DNA of 64,000 nucleotides from Gammaproteobacteria bacterium (GTDB lineage Bacteria; Pseudomonadota; Gammaproteobacteria; Tethybacterales; G965206325): NCBI GenBank assembly GCA_965206325.1, contig OZ242208.1, positions 186,603 to 250,602 of the forward strand, read 5' to 3'. Shown piece by piece: positions 1 to 10,750 of this stretch (position 1 is its first letter; each line of letters starts with the position of its first letter). The notes under the pieces were generated by a model. It saw only the letters and a program-made list of their open reading frames with translations, ran no database searches and was not told where the DNA came from. The position numbers and the translations under genes were made by a program.

Positions 1-1
1 G

Positions 2-2546
2 GTGCAGCGCGACAATCCGGAAATGCAAAGGCGGACTCAGGAGGTTATCAATCAGTGCGGCGGAAAAGACAATCCGATTCTTGCCCTGCATGATGTCGGT
101 GCCGGCGGAATCGCCAACGCCGCCGCCGAATTAGCGGCAAGCAATGGACTCGGATTTCAAATTGATTTGCGCGCAATTCCTGCCGCCGAATCGGGAATGA
201 CGCCGGCGGAAATTTGGTGCAATGAATCCCAGGAAAGATTTCTCCTTGCGATTCTTAAAAAGGATTGGCGCCGTCTGCAAAAAATATGCATGCGCGAAAG
301 ATGCCCCGTCGCCGTCATCGGCGAAACAACATCCAACGGCGATGCCGTCGTTTTTGATTCTGTTCTTAAGGAGGGGGGGGGGGGGATGCCGGTTGCAATT
401 CCGATTCGCGCTGTGATTGGCGGCGTTCCTAAGGCAATGCGGGAAACGATTTCGCATCGTTCAAAATTTTCGCCGCTTAATCTATCGGGAATTGATTTGC
501 GCGAAGCGGCGTATTGCGTGCTGCGTCATCCGGCGGTTGCGGACAAAAGATTTTTAATAACTATCGGCGACCGCACTGTCGGCGGATTGACGGCGCGCGA
601 CCAAATGGTCGGAAGATGGCAAACCGCCGTCGCCGATTGCGCCGTAATTCTCGCCGATTACAAGCATTATCACGGCGAAGCAATGGCGGCGGGCGAGCGT
701 CCGGGAATTGCGCTTTTATCGCCCGCCGCCAGCGCGCGCATTGCCGTCGGCGAATCATTAACGAATCTCGCCGCCGCCGATGTTATCAATTGGAAAAGAG
801 TTAAACTGTCGCTTAATTGGATGGCGAATTGCGCAGCAAAAAAAGGCGAAGCGGAATTAGTCGAAGGCGTTAATGCATTAACAAATGGATTCTGCCGGCA
901 ACTTGGCATTTCAATTCCGGTCGGAAAAGATTCGCTTTCAATGGCGATGCAATGGAAGGAAAACAATAAAGAATACAAAGTGCGCGCGCCGATGACGGCG
1001 GTCGCCGTTGCTTTTTCCAAAGTTAATGATGCCCGCCGCACTTGGACTCCCGTCCTTTCCGAAGAGGATGAAACAATTCTAATGCTTGTTTCGCCGCAAG
1101 AATCAAACCGACTCGGCGGCGGAATTTTATCTCAGGTTTTTTTCCGAAACGGCGGAGAACCCCCCGATGCCGACGCCGATTCGCTTGGCAAATTCTTGGA
1201 TGCACTTTCGGAATTGCGGCGGCAAAATATCGTTCTTTCTTATCATGATCGCAGCGACGGCGGAATGTTCGCCGCTGTTTGCGAAATGGCGTTCGCCGCC
1301 AATTGCGGCGCGACTCTCGCATTAGATGCATTAATTCAACCCGCGCAGGGAATGGACGCCGACGGCGTAGAAATGTCATCCGATTCCTTTTCCGCCGCCG
1401 GAATTGAATTGATGCTGGGCTTTCTGTTCAATGAAGAATTAGGCGCATTAATTCAAATTCGCCGCCGCGATGCCGCCCGCGCGCTGGATATTTTTTCGGC
1501 ATGCGGACTTCCCAAGGCCGCGCAAACTGTCGGCTGGCCGACTCAAAATCGCCGCGTGATTATCGTTAGAAACGGCCGCACAGTTTTGGATGAATCACTT
1601 TCCGATTTGCGCCGCGCATGGGGCGAAGCATCTTCGGCAATTGCCCGCGCCCGCGACAATCCGCTGTGCGCCGACGAAGAAGCCGCGCGCGATTTTGATT
1701 CCGACCCCGGACTTTTTTCGCGCATTAATTTCAACCCATCGCAAAACATCGCCGCGCCTTTTATTGCGGGCGGAATTCGTCCGCGCGTCGCCATTTTGCG
1801 CGAGCAGGGAACAAACGGCCATCGCGAATTAGCCGCCGCGTTTAATCGCGCAGGATTTGAAGCGCGCGATATTCATATCAGCGATTTAGAATCGGAAGGG
1901 GGGGGGGGGGGACTTAAGGAGTTTTGCGGAATCGCTTTGGGGGGGGGTTTTTCTTTCGGCGATGTTCTCGGCGCCGGACGCGGTCTTGCGCTTTCCATTC
2001 TTCATAATCCGCGCCTGAAAGAAATGTTTGCGGAATTTTTTAATCGCGATGATTCTTTTTCGCTCGGCATTTGCAACGGCTGCCAGACGCTTTCGCTGCT
2101 GCGTCCTTTGATGCCCGAATCCGATTCGTTTTCTTTTCCGAAATTTATGCGCAATCGCTCCGAGCAATTTGAGGCGCGATTTGTGATGGCGGAAATTCTG
2201 TCTTCGCCGTCGTTGTTTTTTAATGGGATGGCGGAATGCTGCCTACCGATTTCTTCCGCGCACGGCGAAGGCCGCGCGATTATAGAAGGGGGGGGGGGGG
2301 GGGGTAATTGCCGCCGCGCGATTTGTGGATAATAACGGCAATGCGACCGAGCGATATCCTTTTAATCCTAATGGTTCGCCCGGCGGCGCGATGGCGTTTT
2401 CGTCGCCGGACGGACGCGCGACAATTATAATGTCGCATCCGGAGCGGGTTGTCCGCGCGGTGCAGAATTCATGGCATCCCGCAGATTGGGGCGACGATTC
2501 GCCGTGGCTGCGAATTTTCCAAAACGCCCGCAAATGGGCCGGCTGA
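2..2546 (+). CDS. purL: Phosphoribosylformylglycinamidine synthase (large PurL); 5'-truncated by window edge, frameshifted at G17 tract 2288-2304
   Basis: Motifs [49 protein letters not shown] in ORF 2..2332. The C-terminus (YPFNPNGS...SHPER...[12 protein letters not shown]) continues in another frame to the stop at 2546. Confidence 0.95.
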
Positions 2547-2565
2547 ATCATCGCCGGACGAATTA

Positions 2566-2574
2566 TGGTATAAT
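2566..2574 (+). promoter_or_regulatory. Extended -10 promoter element (TGGTATAAT) upstream of the nodI-like gene
   Basis: TG-N-TATAAT consensus about 60 bp before the ORF start. Confidence 0.55.
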
Positions 2575-2634
2575 GCGGACAGGAACAAAAATGAATTTCA
2601 TTGATTTTCAACAGGGTGTTTTCACCGTCGTCAA

Positions 2635-3576
2635 GTGGCTTTGAATTCGGCGGAGGGAAAATCCGCGCCGCCGCTAATCGCCCGTTCGCTTTGTAAAAAT
2701 TACGGCGGCTCTTTTGTCGTCAAGGATGTATCGTTTGCAGTTCAGGCGGGCGAATGCTTGGGATTCCTCGGCCCCAACGGCGCCGGCAAAACGACGACGA
2801 TGCGAATCTGCCTTGGACTCACGCGCCCCGATTCCGGCGAAGCGCGCTTGTTTGATAAGCCGCTGCCTGAATTCGCCTTAGAAGCGCGCCGACGAATTGG
2901 GGTTGTGCCGCAGAAGGACAGTTTGGATCCCGACTTTACCGCCGCTGAAAATCTGCGCGTATTCGCCGGTTATTTTGGCATTAGCCGCGCCGATTCCGCC
3001 GCCCGCGTTCCCGAATTGCTCGCCTTCGCCGGATTGGAAAAGCGCGCCGACGAGCGCATTCCCAATTTATCCGGCGGAATGCAGCGGCGGCTTACGCTGG
3101 CGCGCGCGCTTATCAACGATCCCGACCTTATCTTTTTAGACGAGCCGACCACCGGCTTGGATCCGCAGGCACGGCATTTAATTTGGGAACGATTGCGCCG
3201 ACTCCTCGCCGACGGAAAAACCCTTTTTTTAACAACGCACTTTATGGAAGAAGCCGAAAGATTGTGCGACCGCGTGTGCATTTTAGATTCCGGCGAAATT
3301 ATCGCCGAAGGAATTCCGCGCGCATTAACGCAATCTCATGTAGAACCGGAAGTCGTGGAAATATACGGCGAAAAAGCATCGGCGTTTTTGCGGTCGCATT
3401 CCGGCCTGTCTTTGCGATGCGAGCGATTCGGCAATTTAAGTTACTGCTACTGCGCCGATTCCGCGCCATTAATTTCAGCGCTGAAGAATGACGCCCCGTC
3501 GCTTTCTTTTGTTCATCGTCCGTCCAATTTGGAGGATGTCTTTCTTAAATTAACCGGCCGTGATTTGCGCGAATGA
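2635..3576 (+). CDS. nodI: NodI-like ABC exporter ATP-binding protein
   Basis: GPNGAGKTT, LSGGMQRR, DEPTTGLDPQARHLIW; C-terminal LEDVFLKLTGRDLRE. Confidence 0.85.
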   Translation: MALNSAEGKSAPPLIARSLCKNYGGSFVVKDVSFAVQAGECLGFLGPNGAGKTTTMRICLGLTRPDSGEARLFDKPLPEFALEARRRIGVVPQKDSLDPDFTAAENLRVFAGYFGISRADSAARVPELLAFAGLEKRADERIPNLSGGMQRRLTLARALINDPDLIFLDEPTTGLDPQARHLIWERLRRLLADGKTLFLTTHFMEEAERLCDRVCILDSGEIIAEGIPRALTQSHVEPEVVEIYGEKASAFLRSHSGLSLRCERFGNLSYCYCADSAPLISALKNDAPSLSFVHRPSNLEDVFLKLTGRDLRE

Positions 3577-4358
3577 GCGCCGTTGATTTTTCTCCGCCGA
3601 TTCCGCGCCTGCAATTATTCGCCTTGTGGCGGCGGAATTTTCTGGTGTGGCGTCGTCTTGCCGGGCCGTCGCTGGCCGGTCATTTGGCCGATCCGGTGAT
3701 ATTTCTGTTCGGACTCGGCGTCGGCGTCGGCGCGCTGGTCGGCGAAATTAATGGCATGCCTTATCTCAATTACATCGCCGCCGGAATGATGGCCTACGGC
3801 GCAATGTGGGCGACAAGTTTTGAAGCGCTGTATTCCGCGTTCAGCCGCATGCATGTGCAGCGCACTTGGGATTCCATACTCAACACGCCGATGACTCTGG
3901 ACGATGTCGTCCTCGCCGAATGGCTGTGGGCGGGAAGCAAAGGACTAATGAGCGCCGCCGCCATATTGGCGGTAACCTCCGCCTTTGGACTCGCCGATTC
4001 CTTATGGGCGATTCTATTAATTCCGGCGGCCTTTATATTCGCCCTTTCCTTCGCCGGAATTGCATTGATGATAAACGCGCTTTCGCCGAGTTATGATTTC
4101 TTTAATTATTACTTCACCTTGTTCCTTACGCCGATGATGATGCTCTCCGGACTCTTTTTTCCAATTGATGTTCTGCCGAATGCATTGCAGATTGCCGCGG
4201 CGATTCTGCCGCTGACTCACGCCGTCGCCATTTCGCGCGCATTAATGAGCGGCGACCTTTCCTTTGCAATTATCCTTCATTTTCTGCCGCTGATATTGCT
4301 TGCGATTATCGGCGTCTATTTTGCCGTTGTGCTGACGCGCCGACGAATCTTAAAATAA
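3573..4358 (+). CDS. nodJ: NodJ-like ABC-2 type permease
   Basis: FEALYSAFSRM...TW..IL.TP, ~6 TM helices, ATGA overlap with nodI. Confidence 0.85.
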   Translation: MSAVDFSPPIPRLQLFALWRRNFLVWRRLAGPSLAGHLADPVIFLFGLGVGVGALVGEINGMPYLNYIAAGMMAYGAMWATSFEALYSAFSRMHVQRTWDSILNTPMTLDDVVLAEWLWAGSKGLMSAAAILAVTSAFGLADSLWAILLIPAAFIFALSFAGIALMINALSPSYDFFNYYFTLFLTPMMMLSGLFFPIDVLPNALQIAAAILPLTHAVAISRALMSGDLSFAIILHFLPLILLAIIGVYFAVVLTRRRILK

Positions 4359-4768
4359 TGCTTTGGATTAAATCTTTGCATATCATTTTTGCGGTCGCGT
4401 GGTTTGCGGGATTGTTTTATCTCCCGCGTCTTTTTGTCTATCACGCCGAATGCGATGACGCCGCCGGGTGCGCGCGATTCGCCGTGATGGAGCGGCGTCT
4501 TTACCGGAGCATTATGCTGCCGGCGATGGCGGGGACTTTGCTCTTCGGGGGGGGGCTGCTATTTTACGGATATGGGGGGGGATGGCTCGGCGCGAAGATT
4601 CTGCTGGTGATGATACTGGTTGTTTATCATTTAATATGCGGCAAATTCGCGCGCGATTTTCGGCTCGGACAAAACCGCCGCTCCGCTTATTTTTACCGCT
4701 GGTGGAACGAAGTCCCGACTCTGCTGTTAATCGGCATTGTAATCTTGGCGGTGGTCAAGCCGTTTTGA
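4358..4768 (+). CDS. hemJ: Protoporphyrinogen IX oxidase HemJ (CopD family)
   Basis: MLWIKSLHIIF..AWFAGLFYLPRLFVYHA, MERRL, FYRWWNEVP. Confidence 0.9.
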   Translation: MLWIKSLHIIFAVAWFAGLFYLPRLFVYHAECDDAAGCARFAVMERRLYRSIMLPAMAGTLLFGGGLLFYGYGGGWLGAKILLVMILVVYHLICGKFARDFRLGQNRRSAYFYRWWNEVPTLLLIGIVILAVVKPF

Positions 4769-4815
4769 AATTAACGAGAGTCGGGATTTCTTTGCGGGGA
4801 ATCAAAATCGCCGAG

Positions 4816-7800
4816 TCAGAATCCAATGGACAGCGAACCCGCCGTCAACAGTTTATCGGAATCAAATCCGTAGGCGCCGCTGACCTTAATCAGCACATTA
4901 TCCATCGGACGAAAGCCGACGCCGAATGCCATCGCCTCCCGACTTTGATAATTGCCGACACCGACCGACACTCCGAATTTATGCCCCTGCGGAATCTCCA
5001 TCGTTGACATTGCACCCGACATTGCTATCGCCTCATCAAGCCGGTCAATATCGCCCTCAATCCGCGAAAACGCCTGATTAACTTCCGCGCCGAAATCCGC
5101 AAACCCGATTGAACCCGGCACAATTTGCGCTTCAAACACGCCGCCGGTTTGGGCTGCCTGCGCTATTTCATCGGAAAAGCGGCGCGCCGCCGACCCGCGC
5201 ACAACAATCGCATTCGGCGCAATCTTTTCAGCGGTAATAGCGCGGTCTCGGACAATTTCCGTTGATACCGTATTTACTTGCAGAACGCCGCCGACGGGCG
5301 CGTCTACCCATTCAGCGTCAAAGTCGGCATCGCTGGATTTTGCGAGAATTTGCCCTTCCTGTCCGCCAGCCATTAATCCTTCGCCGTCTTGACCGTCCGC
5401 TCCGGCGACACCTTGCGCGCCATCTGCGCCGTCTTGACCGTCCGCACCGGCGACACCTTGCGCGCCGTCTGTGCCGTCTGCGCCGTTTTGACCGGCCGCC
5501 CCGGCAACACCTTGCATTCCTTGTGCGCCTTGCGCACCTTGCGCACCGTCTTGGCCATTCGCACCGGCAACGCCTTGAATTCCTTGGTCGCCTTGCGCGC
5601 CATCTGCGCCGTCTTGACCGGCCGCACCGGCAACGCCTTGAATTCCTTGATCGCCTTGTGCGCCTTGCGCGCCAGCTGCACCGTCTTGACCGGCCGCACC
5701 GGCAACGCCTTGAATTCCTTGTGCGCCTTGGTCGCCTTGTGCGCCTTGCGCGCCATCTGCGCCGTCTTGACCATTCGCACCGGCAACGCCTTGAATTCCT
5801 TGGTCGCCTTGTGCGCCTTGCGCGCCGTCTGCGCCATTTTGACCGGCCGCTCCGGCAACGCCTTGCATTCCTTGTGCGCCTTGCGCACCTTGCGCGCCAT
5901 CTGTGCCGTCTTGACCGGCCGCTCCGGCAACGCCTTGAATTCCTTGTGCGCCTTGCGCACCGTCTTGACCGGCCGCACCGGCAACACCTTGCATTCCTTG
6001 GTCGCCTTGTGCACCTTGCGCGCCATCTGCGCCATTTTGACCGGCCGCTCCGGCAACGCCTTGAATTCCTTGGTCGCCTTTTGCGCCTTGCGCGCCGTCT
6101 GCGCCGTTTTGACCGGCCGCTCCGGCAACACCTTGAATTCCTTGGTCGCCTTGTGCACCTTGCGCACCGTCTTGGCCATTCGCACCGGCGACGCCTTGAA
6201 TTCCTTGTGCGCCTTGCGCACCGTCTTGACCGGCCGCTCCGGCAACACCTTGAATTCCTTGTGCGCCTTGCGCGCCGTCTTGGCCATTCGCACCGGCGAC
6301 ACCTTGCATTCCTTGTGCGCCTTGGTCGCCTTGCGCACCGTCTTGGCCATTCGCACCAGCGACACCTTGCATTCCTTGATCGCCTTGGTCGCCTTGCGCA
6401 CCGTCTTGGCCATTCGCACCGGCGACACCTTGAATTCCCTGCTCGCCTTGCTGACCCGGCGTATTGAGCATATCCATCACTGAGGAACTCAAGTCATCGG
6501 CAGTGATTGCGCCGTTTTTTATATCCGCTGAACCGATGGATTCCGCCCGAATATGCGTCCGCGCTTGCCGCTCGTAAATGGTATTATCAGAACCCTCCAT
6601 CGGCGTGCCGTCTTCATTCATGCGCCTGACTTTCATGCCGTCCGCGCCTTCTACAAAATCGCCGCATTGGGCGTTATCGGCCGACCCGCAAATGCCGGTT
6701 TCGGTCGTGAAGGAACCCGCCCGCATTTCGCCATTCGTCAGAATCCGACCGGCTGTGGCGTGCCTAAAACTTCCGGACGAACTGGTTTGGATGTTGCCGC
6801 TGTCGAATCCGCTGCCGCCGCTGGTCCTGATGTGGCCGCTCTCTCTGCCGCTGCCGCCGTCGGTGGTGATGCGGCCGCTTTGGATGCCGCCGCCGCCTTG
6901 GGTGCGGATGTTGCCGTTTTGGATGCCGCCGCCGAGGCCGTTGGTTTCGATGCTGCCGCTTTGGGTGCCGCTGCCGCCGCGGGTGGTGATGCGGCCGCTG
7001 TCTCTGCCGCTGCTGCCTCTGGTGCTGATGCCGCCGCTTCTGAAGCCGCTGCTGCCGCTGGTGCTGATGCCGCCGCTCTCTCTGCCGATGCCGCCGCTGG
7101 TGCTGATGCCGCCGCTGTCATCGCCGTCGCCGCCGCTGGTGCTGATGCTGTCATCGGCGTCGAGATGCGCGCGCTCGATCGTATCCATCACTGAGGAACT
7201 CAAGTCATCGGCACCGATGGATCCCGCCCGAATATGCGTCCGCGCTTCCCTTTCATAGTCGCGGTTATCGCCGAAAGTCGTGCCGGTGCGCCGAACTTTT
7301 AAGCCATCGCTACCCTGCACAAAATCGCCGCATTGGGCGTTATCGGCCGACCCGCAAATGCCGGTTTCGGTGTCAAGTGATCCCGCCCGCATCTCGCCGT
7401 CAGTCATAATCCTGCCGGAAGTTGCATGGTCACTAGTACTGCTGTCAGTAGATATCTGCCCGCTTTGAATGCCGCTGCCGCCGAAGGTGACGATGCGGCC
7501 GCTTAAATCGCCGTCGCTGCCGCTGGTGCTGATTTGGCCGCTGCCGTCGCCGCTGGCGCCGTCGGTGCTGATTTCGCCGCTTCGGACGCCGCTGCTGCCG
7601 AAGGTGACGATGCGGCCGCTTAAATCGCCGTCGCTGCCGCTGGTGCTGATTTGGCCGCTGAGGAAGCCGCCGCCGCCGCGGGTGCTGATGATGCCGCCGC
7701 CGGCGTCGATGTCGCCGCTGCCCGCATGGTGCGCCAGCGACGGCATCGGCAAAGCGAGTGCAAGGGCGAGAATCGCCGCAACGAATTTTCCGCCGCTAAT

Positions 7801-7964
7801 CGCCGCCATCAGCGCGCAGAATCGCCTGTGAATTAAAGCGCACAGCGCGCCCGCAAAGGCGTCATAAACGCCGTATAATAAGGGCTTGGCGGGAAGCATA
7901 CCCCCCCCCCCCCCCCCCCCCCCTTGCGCGGGAAAATGGGGCTGTTTTGAGCGATGTTTTTCAT
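4816..7964 (-). CDS. Trimeric autotransporter adhesin 1: 13-aa Gly/Ser/Thr repeat head, Cys module x2, collagen stalk, YadA anchor. The RBS-supported ATG at 7964 is out of frame across a G23 tract; an in-frame ATG lies at 7899
   Basis: C-terminal YadA-type anchor (DEAIAMSGAM...GVGNYQSREAMAFG...SLSIGF), signal peptide ending SLA-HH, Gly-X-Y array. Confidence 0.9.
5386..6456 (-). repeat. Collagen-like Gly-X-Y array, 119 uninterrupted triplets
   Basis: Counted from the translation, GQQ GEQ GIQ GVA GAN GQD ... GAD GQD; no Pro present. Confidence 0.95.
7901..7923 (-). repeat. G23 homopolymer (C23 on +) in the 5' coding region of adhesin 1; candidate phase-variation switch
   Basis: 23 consecutive C on the + strand, between ATG 7964 and ATG 7899. 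Confidence 0.9.
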
Positions 7965-8134
7965 TGCGGTTTCTCCGATAAAAATGGAAAAGGGACTTTA
8001 CTATACTTTTCGCCAATTTTCGCCGAATCAAAAAATTTAATTTTCCCACTCCAACCATCCGCACCCGTTAAAAATTAATTCCGCCGATGGATTCGGAACG
8101 CGGAGGCGCGCCGACGCAAGGCATCGGCACGGGG

Positions 8135-8169
8135 AAAAAAAGCGGGCCGGAGATTAATCTCCGACCCGC
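8135..8169 (-). terminator. Rho-independent terminator of adhesin 2
   Basis: A7 followed by hairpin GCGGG-C-CGGAGA/TTAA/TCTCCG-A-CCCGC, giving a stem plus U7 on the minus strand. Confidence 0.75.
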
Positions 8170-8243
8170 CGCTTGTCAGCAGACGCAAAGCGTCCACTTC
8201 TTTCGATGCAACGCCGTAAGAGCCGCCGACCTTAATCGCCGAG

Positions 8244-10750
8244 TCAGAATTCAATTGACAGCGATCCCGCCGTCAACAGTTTTTCCGAATCAAATCCGTA
8301 GGCGCCGCCGACTTTCAACAGCACATTGTCCATCGGGCGAAATCCAACGCCGATTGACACTGCCTGCTTGCTTTCGTAATTGCCGACGCCGACGGATAAA
8401 GCGAATTTTCCCTTTGCCGGCCCTTCCATCATGGATAATGCGCCCGCCATTGCGATTCCTTCGTCCAGCCGATCTATCGCGCCTTCAATTCTGGCGATGG
8501 ATGCATTCACATCGGCAAAGCGCCGTCCATTTCCTCCGTTTGCGCGGCAATAGCCCGGTTGATGTCGCCTTGAATATCGCCGTTTTCCAAAGCAGTGACG
8601 CGCCTATCAAACCAGCCGTCCGTCGTTTGCCGAGTGTTGGATTCGGACATAATCGCCTGCTGATTTTCTTGGATGGACGACAAGGCGGAAGTCGCCTGCG
8701 TTTCGGCATTCTGCGCCGATGTTTGCGCCGCCGTCGCCGAGTTCTGCGCGTTTGTCGCCGATGTTTGCGCCGCCGTCGCCGAGTTCTGCGCGTTTGTCGC
8801 CGATGTTTGCGCGCCGGATATGCTATTTTGAACCGCCGATGATAAATCCGTCATCGCAACAGAAGCGTCCGCAATTTCATCACTGCCGACCGCGCCCGTC
8901 TGAATTTTATCAGCACGAACCGAATCTTTGGCAATTTGCATATGCGTAACCGAATTCGCCGCTATCCTTGCGGCTTTTTCCATCCTAATCGCCTCTTGTC
9001 GCGCCGCCGTTTCCACAGCGATAGCCCCATCTCTGGCGGTTGCTTCACCCGCAATAGCCGTTTGCCTCGCCGTCTTTTCGGTGTTGAGGGCGGCGGCATT
9101 GGCGTTGGCTTTGCCGTCCGCAGCGGCGGCAGTGGCTTGGGCGGTTGACATGCTATTCCGAACCACCGACGATAAATCCGTCATCGCAACAGATGCGTCC
9201 GCAATTTCATCGCTGCCGACCGCGCCCGTTTGAATTTTATCAGCACGAACCGAATCTTTGGCAATTTGTGTATGCGTCACCGAAGACGCCGCCATCCTTG
9301 CATTCCTTTCCGCTGTAATAGCCTCATCTCTGGCAGTTGCTTCACCCGCAATAGCCGTTTGCCTCGCCGTCTTTTCGGTGTTGATGGCGGCGGCATTTGC
9401 ATCGGCTTTGCCGTCCGCAGCACCAGCGGCGGCTTGGGCGTTGGATATGCTATTTTGAACCGCCGACGATAAATCCGTCATCGCAACAGATGCGTCCGCA
9501 ATTTCATCGCTGCCGACCGCGCCAGTCATGATTTCGTCCGCGCGAATCGCGTTGGCGGCGATGTCGGCCGCGCCGATGGATTCCGCCCGAATATGCGTCC
9601 GCGCGTGCCTTTGATAGTCGCGGTTATCGCCGAAATCCGTGCCGGTGCGCTCGACTTTCATGCCGTCCGCGCCTTCTACAAAATCGCCGCACTGAGCGTT
9701 ATCCGCCGACCCGCAAATGCCGGTTTCGGTTGTGAAAGAGCCCGCCTGCATTTCGCCGTCAGTCATAATCCGACCGGCTGTGGCGTGCATAATTCCGGAC
9801 GAACCGGTTTGGATATTGCCGCTGGCTTCGCCGAGTCCGCCGCTGGTGGTGATGCTGCCGCTGTCATCGCCGTCACTGCCGCTGGTGCCGATGCGGCCGC
9901 TGCTGATTCCGCCGCCGCCGCGGGTGCTGATGCGGCCGCTGCTATCCCCTTTGCCGCCGCTGGTATAAATGGTGCCGCTGGCACGCCCGCTGCCGCCGCC
10001 GGTGCCGATGGCGCCGCTGCGCAATCCGCTGTCGCCGCCGGTGGTGATGCTGCCGCTGTCATCGCCGCCGCTGCCGCGGGTGCTGATGCGGCCGCTGTCA
10101 TCGCCGCCGCCGCCGCTGGTGGTGATGCTGCCGCTGTGTTCGCCGCCGCCGCCGCGGGTGCTGATGCGGCCGCTCCTATCCCCTTTGCCGCCGCTGGTGC
10201 TGATGCGGCCGCTATCATCGCCGTCGCTGCCGCTGGTGCCGATGGCGCCGCTGCGCAATCCGCTGTCGCCGCTGGTGGTGATGCTGCCGCTGTCATCACC
10301 GCCGCCGCCGCGGGTGCCGATGCGGCCGCTGTCATCGCCGCTGCTGCCGCTGGTGCTGATGCTGCCGCTGTCTTTGCCGCCGCCGCCGCGGGTGCTGATG
10401 CGACCGCTGCTATCCCCTTTGCCGCCGCTGGTATAAATGATGCCGCTGGCAAACCCGATGCCGCCGCCGGTGCCGATGGCGCCGCTGCGCAATCCGCTAT
10501 CGCCGCTGGTGGTGATGCTGCCGCTGTCTTCGCCGCCGCCGCCGTGGGTGCCGATGCTGCCGCTGCTGCCGTCTTTGCCGCCGCTAATTGAAATGCGGCC
10601 GTCTTTCACATGGTGCGCCAGCGACTGCACCGGCAAAGCGAGAACAACGACGAGAATCGCCGCAATCAATTTTCCACTGCCAATCGCGCGCGCGAACGCC
10701 GCGCAACATAAAACGAGCGCGCTCGCGCCCATCAGGTTTTCTTTTCGCAT
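8244..10750 (-). pseudogene. Trimeric autotransporter adhesin 2, split by a 1-bp frameshift near 8525 into passenger (8507..10750) and YadA anchor (8244..8510)
   Basis: ATG 10750 with AAGGAGG RBS; signal peptide ...VQSLA-HH; ~21 13-aa repeats; coiled-coil stalk; the anchor ORF is closely similar to the adhesin 1 anchor; one added base restores MDGRFADVNASIARIEG. Confidence 0.8.
9800..10600 (-). repeat. About 21 tandem 39-bp (13-aa) SGxIxTxGxxGxx repeats in the adhesin 2 head
   Basis: e.g. SGSITTSGDSGLR, SGRISTRGGGGDD recurring in the translation. Confidence 0.9.

Noticed and set aside
2324-2332. Perfect DnaA box TGTGGATAA
   Set aside because: Single copy inside purL coding sequence (F-V-D-N); expected by chance
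5262-7836. Long alternative-frame and antisense ORFs over adhesin 1 (5262..6467, 5373..6428, 5389..6483, 6553..7194, 6738..7154)
   Set aside because: Stop-free shadows of the 9-bp and 39-bp repeats; low-complexity products without RBS
4808-10600. Repeat arrays as a possible CRISPR
   Set aside because: Repeats are in-frame coding units without unique spacers, and no cas genes are present
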